DNA from: Antedon mediterranea
Taxonomy: Eukaryota; Animalia; Echinodermata
Reading direction: 5' to 3'
Assembly: GCF_964355755.1 (NCBI RefSeq)
Contig: NC_092677.1
Location: forward strand, 13,476,101 to 13,540,100
Length of the DNA stretch: 64,000 nt
Below, piece by piece: positions 59,886 to 64,000 of the stretch. The notes beneath the pieces were generated by a model. It searched no databases and was not told the DNA's origin. It saw only the letters and a list, made by a program, of their open reading frames with translations. The translations under genes were made by a program, and so were the position numbers. Position 1 is the first letter of the stretch; each line of letters opens with the position of its first letter.

Positions 59886-61269
59886 TTAGAGTTTTGCAGA
59901 CAATCTATACTTATTAACCAATAGCATGGAGATTGTATGTTGTCATCAAGTTTTGTATATTTGAGATCAATGAAGCATAATGATAATTTGCTCACATGCC
60001 ATCTACACAGTTCTCAATTTGCTATCATTAATTTCAGTAAAATGTCAGTATTAAAATATTCTGATACTCATAAACGTAGAGCATGTTAAGAATGACCTTT
60101 AGACTTAACAGCTAGCTGCTTACTTGAATCTAAATGCTCTGTAAGAAACTTCGAAATGTGTGTTTATCATTATGTATTCAAAATAATTATACAATATTCA
60201 CATGCACACGAATATTGAATGCAATTTTACCACAATAGGTATGTATTATAAAATGTACTTAAACTTATTACTTTAATCACAAATACTTTATACCCACCTA
60301 TAACTAAATGTCCTAATTAAAGACAACTTTTGGGACAGAGGTCTCAAACATGTTTAGAGGAAAAACTAATAATTTATTGGTAGTTTATTCTCTAATTTTG
60401 ATATCTATATCTAATGTTATTAAGGTTACTAATTACAGGGACATTTAGTCGAGGAAGGCCTGTGTTTATTTTTGTGCTATTTTTAAATTGCTTTTTTTTA
60501 ATTTGATCTTCTAATGATCTTTTTTTACACTAGCTGATTTTTGTAAGCTTTGTATTCGACTTTGTACTGAAATTTAATTAGTATATTATTTTCCATGTTT
60601 TATATTAATTTAATTAATGGTTTAATTAAAAGTATAAGTGTTTATTTATTTTGTATTTGTGATATGTTGTTATTCACACCTCAGCACTAAATATAATGGA
60701 TTTGAGTTTGTCTTTGTACAATTAAATCAGTATTAAGATTATTCTTATCTGTATATGTGCGGACACCTTGAATAAGCAGACAACTAGATTTAACGGACAC
60801 ACTCATCCAAAAGCCTTTTTATCCAAGCGGTGCTGCTTTTGGTAGCTCTCGTCAAGTGGACACCTCTCGTAAGTTGGCATTTTTTCTTGTCTTGAGCATG
60901 TTAATTGTGAGGTTCAACTGTATACATCAGAATACAAGCCTAGCCAGGGCCAAGTTTGAGGTCCCCTTTTAAAACTAGAAACTAGCAGAAATAGCTTATG
61001 GCTTGTTACACTTTTTGCCCTTTTGTGGAAATGAAATTCTGTCTACTGGCTTGGAGGACATGGGTGGCTGCCAACAGAGAACATAAAGTACACAATGAAG
61101 TTCAATAATTATATGAAACAAATTTCTTTAATTCTCATATCTGTACAATAGTACAGGTAATAAGTATTCTAAAATGTAATACATAACATTTAGTATTCAA
61201 CAATTTATTTACAATTTAAAGAAAATGAAATAAATATATCATCAACAGACACATTTTAAGTACATTTAA

Positions 61270-61775
61270 GTGTTGACCTATAAGTTTATATACAAGATGG
61301 TAGATGGTAAAAGTTACTAGGCTCAAAAGTTCAATACTAAACTAAGTTACTAGGTGTTGACCTAAACAGTTTAAATTAATTTGGTAGATGGTAAACTAAG
61401 TTACAAGGTGTTGACCTAAACAGTTTAATTTATTGTGGTAGATGGTAAACTAAGTTACAAGATGTTGACCTAAACAGTTTAATTTAATGTGGTAGATGGT
61501 AAACTAAGTTACAAGGTGTTGACCTAAACAGTTTAATTTAATGTGGTAGATGGTAAACTAAGTTACAAGGTGTTGACCTAAACAGTTTAAATTAATGTGG
61601 TAGATGGTAAACTAAGTTACTAGGTGTTGACCTAAACAGTTTAATTTATTGTGGTAGATGGTAAACTAAGTTACAAGGTGTTGACCTAAACAGTTTAATT
61701 TATTGTGGTAGATGGTAAACTATGTTACTAGGTGTTGACAAACAATTTATATACAACATGGCAGATAGTAAACTA
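61270..61775. repeat. 54-bp minisatellite (about 7 regular copies plus degenerate flanks) in the NME5 3' region
   Basis: Unit tgttgacctaaacagtttaatttaatgtggtagatggtaaactaagttacaagg at 61355, 61409, 61463 and onward. Confidence 0.9.
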
Positions 61776-62668
61776 TGATTCTGTGACGTGAATATCGTCA
61801 TTCACACATGGTTTGTTAGGGTTGTTTGCTATCAGCCAATCAGCAAGCCAGGTCTAAAGAAAGAGAAAACAATACTAAGTTAGTGCCAGTATTTGAATAC
61901 TGTAAACATAGTATGGTCTGCTGAATTTTTGTAATTGTGAATACACATGCATTTTCAATTATAAATGGTATATTGTTATACACAATTTGTGGGACCAATA
62001 ATGCTACAAATAAACCTAGCCAGTAGAAGAGGACAGTCAAAGGTGTGACAGGAAAGATATCATCAAGAAAGCATGAAAATCGGTTTAGAAGAACATGATG
62101 ACACAGAAAGAAGTGGAAAGATGCTGTAACAGCAGAAAGTGACAGTAATTTAACCCCTCGGAAGAGGGAGAAAATTGACTTTAATAAAAGACGATGTTGA
62201 TGATATTTAATTTAATGACATTCTCTATACTTACTATTGGTTCTTCTGGTTTTTGTTTACAAAGGCTGGTTAAGCCTTTCAGTAACGTTGGATTCACCAA
62301 CTTTGCTAGGTAATCTTTCGCTGCTTGTCCTGTTGGAATAGGTTCTACTATACCTGAAAGAAAAATTGATAGTTTAAAGTAACGCCAATGGTTCCCATAA
62401 AGAAATATGGACGAAAAGAGGTTTAGGTTGATTATTTAGAGGATTTTAGATTTTAAAATTTTGAAGCTGATTTCGTTGGCAGAAAAATACTCAAGCATGA
62501 CCCATACCGGAAAAAGATATATTTATAAATCTTCAATAATCAGAATTAGTAGGTGGAGTACTGTACATACTTTCTGGAAACATAAATCTGATTTCTCGTT
62601 CAGCTCCGTCGTGGTCGCTGCCATGAACTGCATTTCGTTGATCATCTGTACCGTACAGAGCTCTGATA
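61773..62668 (-). CDS. NME5: Nucleoside diphosphate kinase homolog 5 (NDPK C-terminus plus Dpy-30 domain), last three exons
   Basis: Exons 62668-62571, 62353-62235, 61853-61773: IRALYGTDDQRNAVHGSD..AEREIRFMFPE, IVEPIPTGQAAKDYL..PTLLKGLTSLCKQKP, WLADWLIANNPNKP. The 5' exons lie beyond the window. Confidence 0.9.
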
Positions 62669-62872
62669 CTGAAAGACAAACAATGTTTAAAAAACGTACA
62701 GTAAATGATCATACCCAAATAAAAGCTTTTGAACAAATTGCAATAATAAATGCATTAATATGTAGAAATTTTAGTTTGTAAAACATCTTATAATCTCCCA
62801 ATATATTTGTTTACAGTAGGTTACATTTATCGAAAAATGCTTTGTTCTTTTTTTTACATTGGGAATAAAATA

Positions 62873-63663
62873 CGCCGTGGTTAGGATTCCGGCACCGGAA
62901 CTCAACTGCCCAGCGTTAGGGGATCCGACACGCTATTGCGCATGCCCAGAGCGAGGTAATCGGCGACTCTATACTTATCAACAACGGGCCAGCGGCGATG
63001 GATCATTTCATAGCTGCGCCACACGGCGAACTAGCCTAGTAGATGCCTACTAATATGGGATCCACTAATCTAGAGGCTAGGGCTACCAGTTAGACGTGAC
63101 CAGTGGGCCTATAGTATTTATTTTGTAATTAAAAAGTGGTTGCTTCATTCATATATAAACTTCATATCATTATGAATTATATAATTACATGACTAGTACA
63201 GACTAGTTTTATGATTTTTCATAACGCATTATGTGTACATAACAACATGCAATCGCAAGTTGATTTGTTGACGGCAGCCACCGCGTGGATGTGAAAAAAC
63301 TGTTCGGGAAGTCAGGGTCGCAACGCTAAAAACAGCATTACGATTCTTATCTTAGATAGATATACTGATACTTATTAATATCATTATAATTATTTTAACG
63401 CGTGGCGTAGTCGTATTTTTAATTATTAATTCATATATGGCATAGGCCAAGTTTCATCCATCGCTCTCTCGCTCGCGCAACGACTATCTAGGCTACAGTA
63501 AATCCCTATAACACTTCGACTCTCCGTGGTGTGGTACGTGGTGGTGTGGCACTATTAGTGTAAACTATAATTCACTTCCCAGAGCTCTGGGCATGCGCAA
63601 TAGCGTGTCGGATTCCCTAACGGTGGGAAGTTGAGTTCCGGTGCCGGAATCCTAACCACGGCG
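62873..63663. mobile_element. Non-autonomous DNA transposon with TIRs of about 80 bp and a 9-bp TSD (Mutator-like)
   Basis: cgccgtggttaggattccggcaccggaactcaac ... gttgagttccggtgccggaatcctaaccacggcg, flanked by aataaaata at 62864-62872 and 63664-63672. Confidence 0.85.
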
Positions 63664-64000
63664 AATAAAATAAGCTTTCATAGAAATCTGATTCATTGAG
63701 TTTAAACTGCAGTTTTTGAATCAATATTACTTTTTTCTAAATATTTTTCTCGGGACATGTTTGATATAAAATTATGGACACTCCTAAAAAGAAATGTTCA
63801 CGAAAAGAATGTAGGAGATCAACGTGGACACATTGTTGGGTCCCAACGAAGGCCTCTTTATAAATAGCCTATCTTTACCTATCTGGGTGGGTTTCTCTGG
63901 CTCTAAAACAGTTTGGAGGTCCAATCAACTCTCGCCAATACTCTACAGCATTTTCTCTTGCTAGAACCATTGCAACAATTGGACCACTGCTCATGTATGC

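Noticed and set aside
61270-61775. CRISPR-like appearance of the 54-bp array
   Set aside because: Units are contiguous and near-identical with no unique spacers; no cas genes; eukaryotic context.

Overview
AT-rich, intron-containing eukaryotic DNA from an invertebrate; a Deu/Nin-type SINE and the gene set suggest a deuterostome, possibly an echinoderm (inference). (1) 1.5-16.8 kb: a + strand tandem cluster of four death-fold adaptor genes built from interchangeable phase-1 exons: [?]-linker-tandem DED; tandem DED-linker-death domain; ENTH-linker-tandem DED; and tandem DED-linker-tandem DED. The epsin ENTH/tandem-DED chimera is the most unusual object in the window. (2) 18.3-33.4 kb: a 9-exon mitochondrial-clan CYP27-like P450. 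Its intron 2 holds a complete, very young Gmr1-type (integrase before RT) Ty3/gypsy element with apparently identical 432-bp LTRs, a CCTAC TSD, a tRNA-Leu PBS and a frameshift just after YIDD. (3) Two orphan-like spliced genes, a C2H2 zinc-finger gene, a 13-exon TRAF7-like E3 ligase and the 3' part of an NME5-like gene. (4) Two related LINE remnants, a tRNA-derived Deu-domain SINE, several MITE families and tandem repeats. All calls were made by eye with no database search; splice models rest on GT-AG signals and frame continuity.
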